Source: Basidiobolus meristosporus CBS 931.73
Lineage: Eukaryota > Fungi > Basidiobolomycota
Assembly (NCBI GenBank): GCA_002104905.1
Contig: MCFE01000463.1
Location: 1 to 64,000, forward strand
Direction of reading: 5' to 3'
Length of the DNA stretch: 64,000 nt
A model generated the notes under the pieces. That model was not told where the DNA came from. It was given only the letters and a program-made list of their open reading frames with translations, and did no database searches. Every line of letters starts with the position of its first letter. Positions within the stretch are counted from its first letter, which is position 1. Positions 37,192 through 49,860 of this stretch are shown in pieces. The translations under genes were made by a program, and so were the position numbers.

Positions 37192-40149
37192 AATATTGGA
37201 CTATTTGGTATCATTCAGCAGCTAAAAATTTACTTAACAATTCTAGGCTAGTCTTAGTCACTGTAGGACTCATTTACTGCCTTTACTTCGCCACTTTCTC
37301 CAGATATATGATCTTATGATTATTCCCCTATAGTCAGGATCAAATTAGCACTATTACCAAACATTATGTACTAACCCTGAAACTGTTACAGAATGCTCCT
37401 GAATATTGAGAAACCCTCCCTACTTAGTGTTGCAGCTGTATTACTTCTACAAAGGTATAAATACTGAGCTTCTTTATGAATAAACAACAGTTCAACTATT
37501 ATCACTATTTCTTGATAAGTTCCTTATATCCAAATCACTTCTTAAATTGCAACAGAGACTACCATCAGATTTCTGCCCTGATAGTGCAAGATAGGCAGCA
37601 GATTCAGATAGATAAGTATCAATGGCCAGCAGGATTTGGTAGTAGAGTACTTGTTAAATGAGAAACCATCAACTGCCAAGGCAAAAGCATGGTGATACAT
37701 ACCTTGAAAATAGCTCTGGCTTCTAAGCTGTTTGTAATGTTTGCCATCAAACAGACTGAATATATTTCTGCTTGATTGATACTGAGTGCAGTACTTTATA
37801 ACTTCACAATATGTGTTGGACTGTGTGAGCTTTTTATATGGGTATTACCAAAATATATCTGGAGTAATAACCATGTTATCCCCTAGTGGTGGTGGATACC
37901 TGACAAGTTGGATATGTTGCAATGGTGCATTTCCTGATATGAATGTCAAGCAAGTGTTAGCACATGCTGGTATCAGAACAGGCTCTTGGTCACATGCTAC
38001 CAGCAGCATGAGGGTTGTCTATTTATACCATGTACATGGTAAGTTGCATCCTGTGATGATCTTGGCAAGAAGTAATAGTAAATCCTCAAATCCCCCATTG
38101 CTGATATTAGCGGAAATGCACCGCTTCTCTAACCGCAACATCGCATCATTCATCAGTAGATGAATTACTGGGCACACTTGACCCCGTTAAGTCTCTTTGG
38201 CAATATTTCCACAGGTGTTGTCTCATTGCATAATGGGATTTTGCCAGGCTCATGAATGGTACTGTTGTCTGGGAAGATTGGCTCACAATGCATCAGTGAG
38301 CCTGCTTCTTCAGAGTTAGCACTCTGCATGCCATATTCAAAATGCTGGGGTGAGCCCAGAGGCATCACAAACTTGCCTTACTCAGTTTGCACTAGGTGAC
38401 AGGTACAGCTAGGTGCTTTTACAGAAGTATGAAGCAGCTGGCAAGATATTGTTGGATCATTAGTGACAGGTGAGTAGTCAAATATGACTTGCATGGCAAA
38501 GCACTGGCAGCAATCCTTGTAATACTTCCTATGCTGTATGCATGCTTCATGGTCAAGAGGCTTGCTACAATAGCCACATGATCTTTTTCTCTTAAGTCAT
38601 TGAATCATAGTGGTCTTGTCCATGGGGTAAACAGCTTGACACCCAACAAGGTAATGCTGTTATATGACTTTTTTGTCAATACCTATGTGAATATAAGGCC
38701 AAAGAATTGTTGAGGCAATTAGGTGCAGTGGTTGATAGAATAGATGCAATGGCCTAGAAGACAGGAAATAGTCCAGAAATAGGATAAGCAGATAATATGT
38801 GTAGAGCTAGCCATATCCCAGTGGAGAAAGCAATATCTTTGCTGCAAAGAAGCAACTCAAGTAGCTTAATGTCACAACCAACCATTGAGCCATTCCCCAA
38901 CATATCAGTAGCGGAATACTGTACTGTCTTTGAAGCACAACAACTGCAGCAGCTGATAAAGCCCATAGAAAAACCTATCACAGCAAAGGAGGGAGAGAAT
39001 GTAATGTTTATGCCAAGCCCTAAGAGTCAAGAGACATTGAAGATCCATTGAGCAGTTGAGTGCAAAAATGAAAAGTGGGCTAACATTCAACATGCTGTTA
39101 GAAATCTAGCACACCAACACCTTAAGGCCAGCATACCATGGGACCTTCAGGAACTCAAGGTCTAGCAGCATACTCATGACATGCTCCATGAGCATTATCC
39201 TGGACTCAAACAAGCAAATAGATACTGGGCTAGCATTGATATGCTAAGAAAGCATCTCAAGAATAACAGAGACTATCAAAGGTAGAAGACCAAAGGTGCA
39301 ATGTCTGAAGACATGTGGCTTCCTGAAGAGCCCTTCACAAGCAGGGCTGAGAGCTGTATACAAGCATCAGAGACAGGTTGGGTAGCCAGAAGAGTGCCAA
39401 TGAGGGAAAAGCCAGCAGACTCAGATGAGCCAGCATAACATAAACCAAGGAGATAGCATGGTTCTACTCAAGAAGCACTCAGTCAAAGTAGCAGTGAAGG
39501 AGCTGGCAGTGATAAAGACAAGCGGCTACCTCAAAAGCCCATCATAGCTTGGGCTAAGTGCCCAAGACAGGCAGAAACAAAGTGTTGAGTTGCCCACAGC
39601 ATGCCAGCAAGAGACAAGCAGGCCAATACAGATGCATCAGAGCAGCATCTAGCAGGAAGAAAAAAATAGTTCAGTACAAGAAGCACTTTGTCAAAGTAGC
39701 AGTGTGAGACCTGGCAGTGACAAAGGAGAAGACAAAAGGAAAATTGTCTACCCAAGTAAGTAAAAGGGAAGTATAAGAAAACAGATGTTTTCACAAGAGT
39801 TGCAAGTAGAGCTAGTTGAGGTACACTCTGGTGAGGCAGATGAGCTTGCAGAGAAAGGCAATTTGTCCACCACATCCTACATGCATTCTGTTGTTGACAG
39901 AGTGGAGATCCCTCCAACACACAAAGTAACAAGGTCAAGAACTCAAAAGGCTGTCACAATCCCTTCAGTGAAATCTTAGAACATTAATAGGTATACCAAG
40001 ATGTTGCAGCACTTCTCCAAGAGCAATGCTCAAGAAAATGCACTTGAGTATTGCAAGGATTTATTGCAAAGACTGGCAGACAAGGTGCTAAACCATGCAG
40101 TGCCAGCTGAAGACCAGGATGTGTGGGAGCCAGTGAATGAGCAGTGACA

Positions 40150-40834
40150 TTAAGCCAAATTTGAGAGCTTTGACTTTCCCAATCAATCTATGGTCAGTAG
40201 TCCAATGTATATCATTGAAGTGCAGCAGTTAAGTGGATTTCTAGATACCTAAAAGGAACTGCTGACATCTGCTTGAGATACACTTACATGAATTCAGAAC
40301 AAGATTTTGTGAGATACCCTGATGCTGATTGGGGATGAAATTTGGATGACAGATCATCCACCACAGAATACACCTTTCTATACTGTAAAGGAGCAATTTC
40401 ATTGAATTCAAGAATGCAACCAACCATAGCACTTTCTATCACAGAGGCAGAGTATATGGCAGCCTGTGAGGCTACAAGAGAAGCAATGTGGCTGAGGAAA
40501 CCTCTTAAAGATTTAGGCTTACTTAAAAAAATGCTTGTAACTTTATTTTAAGACAATCAAGGACGTATACAATAGGGTAGATATCAAACCTTTCATGCTA
40601 GTACTAAATACATGGATATTACAGACCATTTCATACGTAAAGCTATAAAGAGTAACTTTGTGAATTTTGTTTACTGATTTACAGATGAGATGAGTGCAGA
40701 CATACTTCTCAAACCATTAGCTAGGGATAAGTTTGCATGACTAAGGTCAAAATTAGGACTAGTCAGTATTAAAACCTAGTTAAGTAGGAGTGTTGTAAAA
40801 GTTTGTAATTCCTCCTAAATATTCACAAAACATA
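40150..40834 (+). mobile_element. Copia family 2 RT/RNase H fragment and start of an LTR
   Basis: ITEAEYMAACEATREAMWL motif; LTR start TGTTGTAAAA at ~40791. Confidence 0.8.
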
Positions 40835-41256
40835 TGTGGGTTACTACTGACTGTACAGGGTGAGTGGGAGAGCTTGTAGGTCAAGTCAGTACCACTTGGT
40901 TCAGAATAGCTTCCAATAGAAGGTAGCAAGGTAATCAAGACTTGTGGTTATTCTGTCCAAATCCTCTTGTCCTCTCACTTGGTTCAATTGGGTAGATATA
41001 TATATCACATGGGGGGGCTTAGATAATAGACAATGTGTTATAAAATAGGGGTGTGAGCACCTTCCTGTTATGGTAAGTGCTCTAACTAGATAAGGGTAGG
41101 GATTGGAGGGAGGGCATGTGGGGGAATCATAGGGAGGATACTGGGGGACTTTGGGTAGGACTCTGGGGAGAACTCTTTGGCAAAGAGTGGGTACTGCATT
41201 TAGTACTCACATATCCCAGGGGTTAAGAGGGAGCTTTGTCCTCAAAGTTCTTTTGA

Positions 41257-41997
41257 CTAACTTGCTTCTCCAGGGTTGATTTTGTTCACAGAGCATGGGG
41301 AGTCACCATAGTACCATTGCTGGTTGTCACTTGCAAGGGGGTTGTTGGCAAATACCTGATACCCTTTGGCAGCAGAGTGAGGTGCAGCTTGCATTGCTTG
41401 AGGGATGTTTTCCACAGAGCCAAATAGTTGGCAAACCATAGGGTTTGGAGTAAGTTCCTTAGGAGGGTTGGAGAACAAGAAAAGGAGCAATAGCGTGATA
41501 AAGTCTTGCTTCTTTATCTTGCAAACATTGTCAGGGCTTGTCCTTTTTGTGTTCAATATGACAGCAGAGGACCTTTTGAAGAGGGCGTACACTTGGTTGG
41601 CAGTCACCCGTTGTTGATAACATGTTTTTGCTTCTTCCAAGATGTATTGTAGTTCTTCTGTAGAAATTGTGGCACAATCAAGGCGCTTTTGTACTTGCCT
41701 CACAGTTTCTACAGAGTCTGTGGCAGTTTCTTTGGCTTCTTGGAGTTGGACTTTGTACTGGTTCCTGAGTTGTCCTATGGTAAGCTGCTGTAATAGTTGT
41801 AACACAGCAACTTGGTGGATTGCATGGGTTAACTGACCGGTTTATTTAATCCATTTGAGTATCTTCTCTAAGATGGTTCCTTCTTGGAAATATGGTTCAA
41901 GATGTTTGCAAATTTCTTGGAGGAGTCCTTCAATTGGGAGTTCTACTTCTGGTGCTCTTGCAGCTTGTGCCAGGTCTGGGTATACTTCAACAACCAT
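41257..41997 (-). pseudogene. Unknown ORF between integrase and 3' LTR (~246 aa, one internal TAA)
   Basis: The ATG at 41997 is in frame with track ORF 41257..41805. I recognise no domain. Confidence 0.55.
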
Positions 41998-44626
41998 GGT
42001 ATCTATCAATGGCAAATATGCAACAAAATAGGGGGGCTCTCAAGGTCTTGCAAGGGTGTGACAGTTGATTCCTTGTGTCTTCTGTCTAACTGTGTCCAGT
42101 ATGAACTTAAACTTTGTATGTATCCCGTGTCTTCCTCTATCCTTGTCCTGATAATTGTTTAATCACACTTCAGCTTTGGTGATGATAAGTGGATCATCAT
42201 GAGACGGTTTCAGATGGGTGGCACTATGTTGCTGATTGTCTTATTGTTCAGGGTAATGGTGTACTCTGGCCCGTGGTCCAAACTAATGATGGTGCAAGGG
42301 CCAATCCATTGGGGTGTAAATTGTGGGCAAAACTTGAAGCCTGCTATGGTTTGATTGTACCACACTGTAGTGCCTGGTTTCCACTTTTGTCCCATTAGTT
42401 TTTCATTTTTGGGTGGAGGGGGAATGTGCTTGTCAACATTTTTGAACACTTTTATGTATAGGTGGGCAATACAGTGTATCAACCTTTCTACAAAGTTGTT
42501 ATGTGTTGTCAAGGGGACACCTTCCATTGTCAATCCAGCTTCTTCATGCCACTTGGGCCTTTGTCCATACAGAACTTTGTACAGGGAGAAACCTGTTGTT
42601 TTATTTGGTATTGTATGCATTGCTAGAAGTGTCAGTGGGAGTAGCTTGGCCCATGATTGGGGAAGTTGCCAGTGGAGCTTCTCTAGTATGCGGCAACATG
42701 TCTGGTTCATCCTCTTGGTTAGTCTGTTGGTCTGGGGGTGATACACGGCCATGAAGACCTGTTTCACGCCCATCATTTTGCACAAATGGGCCACGGTGTT
42801 GTTCAGGAAGGAGCCACCATTGTTGGACAGGATTATCTGAGGATATCTGTGCTGGCAGATGAGGTGTTCTAGAATGAATTGGGCAGTTGTCTTCTGGTCT
42901 TTATTTTGAACAGCTTGGGCTTCTACCCACTTTGAGAAATAATTGTTAGCAATTATTATGTATTGTTCTCCTTTCTTTGTTTTCCTAGAGGGCCCAACAA
43001 AGTCAATCCCTACCCAATGGAAGGTTAGGTCAAGTGGTTTTGGTGTGGTTGTCCCTACCTTTTGACTCTAGTTAAATCTTTTGCAGGTGGAGCATCTTTG
43101 TAGTGAATGCACAACATTGGTCATCATTTCTTTCCAATAAAACGTCTTTCTTAACATCTTGTATGTCATTAGTGGGTTAGTGTGTCCTAATGACATATGT
43201 CTTACTTGTATGATTTCTCTGCAGGCAGGTACCTGGGGTACCTCAACTCTGAACTGTTCTTGGAGGAACCACAATTGGTTTTCTTGTACTTTGTACTGAC
43301 ACCATTTCTTTCAAAAGTCTCTCTTGTGCTTGTTTGTAATGACATGTCTGGGGTACTTCCCTCTTCTTTTAAAGCAGATTACGTCTTTGTAGTCATTGTT
43401 GATGAGTACCTGGCAAATGGGATAGCAACTGCGGAAGTCTGTGTCTTGGTGTTTCTTGCCTGCACAATGAATTATTTTGAAGTTGTATTCTTGTAGTTGG
43501 AGGGCCCAACATGCTAGTCAACCCATAGAGTCTTTAGTTTTCATCAGCCAGACCAGTGCGCTGTGGTCTGTTACTATTGTGAATTGGCAACCATGTATGT
43601 ATGTGTGGAATTGTTTAACTGAATAAACAACAGCCAGACATTCTATCTTGGTAACAGGGTAGTGACATTTGTGTTTGTTTAGCAAATGGCTAATGTAACC
43701 AATTGGGTGGAATTTGTTGGCTTGGTGATATTGTCCCAGTATGGCGCCTATACAGGTGAGACTTCCATCACAGTTAATAAAAAATCTTGTATCCCAATTG
43801 AGAAAACGTAACACTGACGGTGATGTTAGGGAATGTTTCAGCTGATCAAATGCTCTCTTTTGAGGCTCCAACCATACAAAACATTGGCCTTTTTGTGTCA
43901 ATTTTTACAGGGGGGCTGCTATTGTTGCAAAGTTTTTGACAAAGTGGCAATAGTAGCCGGCTAATCCTAGGAATCCCAACACTGCATTAATATCCTTTGG
44001 TGCAGGTGTATCTTGAACAGCTTTCAGGAGTGAAGTAGATGGGTATGTTCCATCTGCCAAGATCTTGTGGCCCAGGAACAGCAATTTTGTATACAGGAAA
44101 TGGCACTTCTTGGGATGTGGTTTGAGTTGGTTCTCAAGGAGAGCTGTCAGGATACGTTGCACATTGTGTATATGTTCTTCTACATTGGGGGAATATATTG
44201 TGATGTTGTCTATATACACAAGAGCGCATTCCCATTGTAGATTTTCTAGCACCTTGTTGATCATCCTTTGGAACATAGTGGGGGCATTGCACAAGCCAAA
44301 GGGTAGTCAGTTCCATTTGTACAATCCAAATGATGTTATAAAGTGGTTCTGGGTCAATCTTCCAGGGCTACTTCTACTTGCCAATACCCAGAGATTAAGT
44401 CAAGAGAGCTAAAATATTTGGCTCCAATTAATCTGTCCAACAGGTTGTCTATTTGCGGTAGTGGATACACGTCCTTCCAGGTGAAGGCGTTCAATTTTCA
44501 GTAGTCAATGCAAAAGTGTTGCTTTCTGTCTTTCTTTGGGACTATCATTACAGGGGAGGCCCACAGAGACTGGCTCTCTGTAATGATGTCATCTTTCAAT
44601 AAAGTTTCAATTGTCTCTTTGATATA

Positions 44627-45359
44627 AGACTTGTTCCGTTGGATAGTGCCACATTGAGCCATGAGTGCCAAATGATGCCATAGTGTGCCAGAGAGGCCCA
44701 GTGAGCCTCTACCTGGCCACAGAGTGTGAAACATAGCTCTGCATCTTCATGGACAGCAGCCCCTGTGTTTCACCCATTGTGTCTGAGAAAATCCATTTTT
44801 TGACCTTTTTTTTGGATCAATGTTGTGCAGGATGTGTTTGAGCACAAGCAGAATGACAATATGCATCTGGTACTCAATACCCATGGCACTCTGAATCTAG
44901 CTCCTGTAGCTTGTATCATGTCACAAAAATGAATGGCACTATCTTGGTCCACTGGCACTATCTGGCACTATATTTAAATATTAGCCCTAAAGTAAGAGCT
45001 ATACAAAGCACTTATAGTGCCAGATAGTGCCAGTGGACCAAGATAGTGCCATTCATTTTTGTGACATGATACAAGCTACAGGAGCTAGATTCAGAGTGCC
45101 ATGGGTATTGAGTACCAGATGCATATCTTCAGTTCTCCTGTGCTCTTACACATCCTGAGCTACATTGATCCACAAAAAAAGGTCAAAAAATGGATTTTCT
45201 CCTGCGCAATGGGTGAAACACAGGGGCTGCTATCCATGAAGATGCAGAGCTATGTTTCACACTCTGTGGCCAGGTAGAGGCTCACTTGGCCTCTCTGGCA
45301 CACTATGGCATCATTTGGCACTCATGGCTCAATGTGGCACTATCCAACGGAACAAGTCT
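44627..45359. mobile_element. Foldback MITE copy 2 (733 bp), inserted in gypsy RT
   Basis: ATA/ATA TSD. Removal restores the minus-strand frame KIDTDYIKETIETLL. Confidence 0.95.
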
Positions 45360-48205
45360 ATAGTCCGTGTCAATTTTCAAGTTCCTATAGGCCTTTTGCT
45401 TGATGGGGTATTTGTCAGTGAGGTGGATTTGGTAATATACCCCAGATATATGACCAATTACTTGGTTCTTAGAGAATACTTGGGCAAGCAGGCATATTCC
45501 TTCTGGGAACTTGTCTTGTAATGCAGGCGGTAGACCAGGGTCCACATCTAGTTTGGGGAGTTCTTCATCTGGTTCCTTGTTTGTAGGTGGTCCTTGGTTG
45601 TTTCCGTCAACTTCCTTTAGGTTTAATAAAGGCACTCCTCTAGGCAATGTCACCGTGTGTTGCCCATTGTTGACCACTAAGCACTTCAAACTTTGTGTTT
45701 CAAATTTTGGTAGTATCCATACTTTAGGGATCAAGATTCCATCCAGTTGCTTGGATGCCTTTGCTGCGGTTATTATTCTTCCGCTTGTCAAATAAGCTAT
45801 TGGTGTCTCTAATGAGATCACCATCTCACTGGCAGGTGGTATTTCTATCACCTTTTGTGTGATGATTGAAGACTGCAACGGTTTCACTTCTTCAATTGTC
45901 ACACTGTTGCTACATTCCTCATTCTCATCAGTGATATGAATCAGTGGGATACTCTTGGTATCCCATTTGCGTTCAGATGCACTGTAAAGTATATCCATCT
46001 TATGTTGGATAAACCATTTCTCACCAACGAGTAAGCTGTTGGCTGCAACAGGTAGAACCACAACATCTTGGTGTATAATCAAGTTGCCTAGCTGGATGGG
46101 GCAATTAGGCACCACTCCTACTGTTGTTTCCAGTTGGTCATTTGCTAGCCATACCAAAATGGTGTTGTTGCGGACTATATCTAACTTTAGATGTTTTGCT
46201 AATGATTCTGACATGATCAACATAGAGGATCCTGTGTCAATAAGGGCAAGAATCTCCTTATTCTCTATACACACCTTTACGTATGTACCTCTATTTGGTT
46301 CTTGCAGGACTGTCTGGTTGACATGAAGGGTTGTTATCTCCTTCAATCCCTCTTTAGTTCCTTGACTAGAGCTGGGGGCAGTCCCAGTAAATTGGTTACT
46401 GGGAGGGTTGCCTTGGTTTGCTCTAGTACCTTCATTATGGGGAATAGGCCATGGGAAGATGTGTTAGCGTTCTTTGTTTGCTTCAACACTTCTTCTCAAG
46501 GCTCATTCTGTACCGCTTTACCTAATTCCGTGTTCTTTCCTGTTGACAGAACCTCTACTACAGGTTCCTTTGCCTCCTGTCTAGAAGCATCATGTCAATG
46601 CTTCTTCTTCTGTACTTTGACTGTTCTAACTGGAGGGCTTAGATTGACTGAGTCCTGTTGGCCTCCTGGCAAGGGACTCTGTCTTTTGATGCCTTCTTCT
46701 CTTTTGTGTCTGGTACAGGTTCTTGTCCGTACAGTTTTTCACATTTGTGGGCTCTATGGACTACTTCTCCACATACATAGCATGGGTATTGTTGTTGCGG
46801 TTGTTCCATTGGTTTGGTCAGGGCTTGTACCTGGGCCTTTAAATCTACAACTGCTTCCCAGAGTTTATCACCTTCTTTGGGGACTTCTTGGACATTGTTG
46901 ATTGAGAGCTCTTGGACCTTTTGCCGTAATTCCTCTAACTCAGGGTCTTTTAGGAAGGCAATTTTTCCTTTCTTACGGGGGATCCCTGTCCTTCAATTAT
47001 TTGTATCATTATAAGGTAGCCCCCATAGCAAGATGACCCTTTGTACTTGTTCAACCATCTCTTGCAGCGTTTTACATCATTGTTGTTCTTTGGATGCCCT
47101 ATGTCTTATTTTGTTGTCTAAGCCCATGATGTAATACCTCATGAGCTGTCATTCAGCAATTTTGTCCTTTGGGAGACATCAAACTTGTTGGAGAAACAGT
47201 TCAGTGTAGGCTTCATAGCTCTCACTGCTTTTCTTCTGTGAGGACAGTAGAAGGGTTTTGTAGTGGTATCCTTTAGCATATAGAAAGCGTGTCTAGTAGG
47301 CTTCTTCTAATGCATCCCAGTTGTCTTTAACCGTGTCTTCCAACCCATAATGCCATTGCCATGCTGACCCTTCCATATGCCTTGCAAACTCCCTTACTTT
47401 CTTATTGCTGTCCCATCCTGCCTCAACCTCAACTCTCTCAAACTTATCAAACCACTCAAGGGCTTTCCCTCTCTTTCCCTTGTACGTTTTTAGTTTGATT
47501 GTAGTAGTCATTACCTCACTTGTGCTTATTTCCACAGAGATGGCACCAAATATGTGGGTTATTACTGACTGTACTGTGTGAGTGGGAGAGCTTGTAGGTC
47601 AAGTCAGCAAGGTAATAAAGACTTGTGTTTATTCTGTCCAGATCCTCTTGTCCTCTCACTTGGTCCAATTGGGTAGATATATATATCACTTAGGGGGGCT
47701 TAGATAATAGACAATGTGTTATAAGATAGGGGTGTGAGCACCTTCCTGTTATGGTAAGTGTTCTAACTAGATAAGGGTAGGGATAGGAGGGAGGGCATGT
47801 GGGGCAATCAAAGGGAGGATACTGGGGGACTTTGGGTAGGACTCTGGGGAGAACTCTTGGGCAAAGAGTGGGTACTGCATTTAGTACTCACAGCTTATAT
47901 TAATAACCAAGCTGTACATGGAGCATCTCAAGCTGAATGAGCTCTGTGAGATACCAGAAAACTCCAAAAGAATTGGCAAGATATTACATTATAACTTATA
48001 CCCACAGAGCTTCTTGTTAGTTCATGACCCCCCAAGTCTTATAGAATACAGATCAAATCCCTTGTTGTAGTTTACACAAAATGCAATCACCAAAATTCCT
48101 GACACCCTGAACATGAAAATTCTCCCAGTTGTCCAAAAAGCCACATACTTCACAATCATGTCCTTAAGACCTTCCTAGCCTATTCTACATAGTTTTTTAG
48201 CCAAT

Positions 48206-48378
48206 AGACTTGTTCCATCATTCCAGCTGATCATAGTGCTCAATAGTGCCATAGCATGCCAGATGGTGCCATACAGTGCCAGTTTGGGATCAAAATTGAC
48301 ATGCATATGACCCTAAAATATCATATTAATAACAAAATATACAGCACTTTCTGGCACTATGATCAATGGTACAAGCCT
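48206..48378. mobile_element. Short MITE (173 bp) with AGACTTGTTCC termini
   Basis: AAT/AAT TSD; GTGCCA subterminal repeats; related to 10779-10989. Confidence 0.88.
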
Positions 48379-49860
48379 AATACCATGTAAGAGTATGAAT
48401 GCTGCTTTTATATTCAGTTAATCACAATGCAAAGACCATGCAATCTGCTTGTTCTCCCAATCACTTTCATATCCCCAAGATTCTTACAACAGACTATGAG
48501 CCCCAGGCTGTCTCTCTCTGCAATGTTTACAGCTGCTATCACTGGGATTTTCCCTCTGCTGAAAAATTGGATGGATCCAACAACCAGTTGAGGAAGGTGA
48601 AGATGAAGATGCTGCTGCAAGAAAGAGACCATTGGGATATTGTCATGAGAGAAGAATGACCTCCTAAAATGTGGGAGTGGAAGCCTTAAGGTACCAGAAG
48701 AAAGAGCAAAGTGCCTTTAACTGCATTTGCCTTAATGTTAAAGGCAAATTGCTAATTCAATGCTCAAGAGCAAAGATGGCAAAGAATACCTGGAAGGCAT
48801 TAGAAGACACCTACCAGTCATACTCAGCTGATAAGAAAAGTTATCTTAGACAGAAGTTCCTTACTGCAAGTTGCTGCTAGCAGAGGAAATGAAAAATCTG
48901 ATTCTTAGATTTCCCTGCTGGTGGATGAGAGCAAATATGTGGGCATACCACCACTAATGAGGATGTGATGTTACCATCCTGAATAGCCTGACCAAGGGGT
49001 CTTAGGGATTTGTATCAGCCCTATAGTCCATAACTGAAGATTTGACCTTTAACTATGTATGTATAAGGCTCATGGATGAAGAATCAAGAAAATCAAGCAC
49101 CAACTAGAAAGAAGCCAAAAGTGCTTTAATAAGCAAAAATAGCAAACAAAGAAGGTATCCAAGACTCTGTGAAGGCAGAAGCAAACTGCTTTGCAACCAC
49201 TGTAAAAGGAAAGGACACACAGCAGACCAGTGCACTAAAAAGAAAGATGTTCAGCAGAAAAAGCCTGAATATAGAAATGCCGCAACAGCTGAAGACACAC
49301 TGTTCATATCTGCACTAAATTTCACCACAAACAAGAATTCTCAGACATGGCATATTGACTCTGAAGCATCTCAACACTTTGCACACCAAAAAGACCTCTT
49401 GGCCAGTATTAAAAAATTCCAATTAAGAACGTTCTCATGGGTGGCAATAGAACACTTCATACAGTGGGAGTAAGAACTAACCAAGTAAGTGTTATAAGCA
49501 GCAAAGGAAGTCACACACTTACATTCAAAAAAGCACCCTATGTACCAGAAATAGCACAGAACCTACTATCTGCAAGCAATGCCATAGCAGAAGGACTCAG
49601 TTTCAGCTTTGACAAATCTGGGTGCAGCATAACCAATCAAACTGGTGCACATGTTGCATTAGGTATCAAAGATCAGAATCTATCCAAGTTGACATATATT
49701 TTATCATACCTGGCAGCCAATATACAAAACTTGAATGAAGAAACACCAATGCTTTGGCACAGGAGATTTGGACACATCAATTTTGGTTATTTGTGCAAAT
49801 GATCAGAGATTGGCTTATTTCCAGAGTAATGGCTAATCCCCAATTTAATCTGGAGAGCGG

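Larger units (their letters stand above)
32869..37554 (+). mobile_element. Young full-length Ty1/copia (4686 bp) with identical 369 bp LTRs and a 5-bp TSD GAGAC
   Basis: LTRs 32869-33237 and 37186-37554 are identical by eye. GAGAC lies on both sides, and the paralogous empty site near 54680-54705 has a single GAGAC. PPT GAGGGGGAG. Confidence 0.99.
31800..40150 (-). mobile_element. CACTA/En-Spm-like element remnant: Tnp2 transposase on the minus strand (split by copia) and a divergent second ORF region on the plus strand (~38700-40150); termini not seen
   Basis: Hand translation gives GDTPAMSK..F.AHNGWYCC.TCDIHG, a WPLIL-type Transposase_21 segment, and the LHL...GPCFTFWEFPM segment. Confidence 0.75.
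40835..47892 (-). mobile_element. Decayed full-length Ty3/gypsy with an extra 3' ORF; LTRs 47553-47892 (5') and 40835-41211 (3')
   Basis: PBS TGGTGCCATCTC (tRNA-His-like). Gag 47293..47535, zinc knuckle CYVCGEVVHRAHKC, PR IDTGSS, RT, RH (CDGSLTCIGAILGQ) and IN. No TSD match and no clear PPT. Confidence 0.9.

Noticed and set aside
46302-46901. 199-aa plus-strand ORF and other antisense ORFs over gag/pol
   Set aside because: These are shadow frames opposite recognisable minus-strand retroelement genes, with no independent support.
40830-47897. TSD for the 40835-47892 gypsy (also sought for the 21184-25856 copia and the 11020-16127 chromovirus)
   Set aside because: Flanks do not match (ACATA vs GCTTA; CCAAT vs TTGAA; TCTAC vs GGAGC), so no target-site claim is made for these elements.
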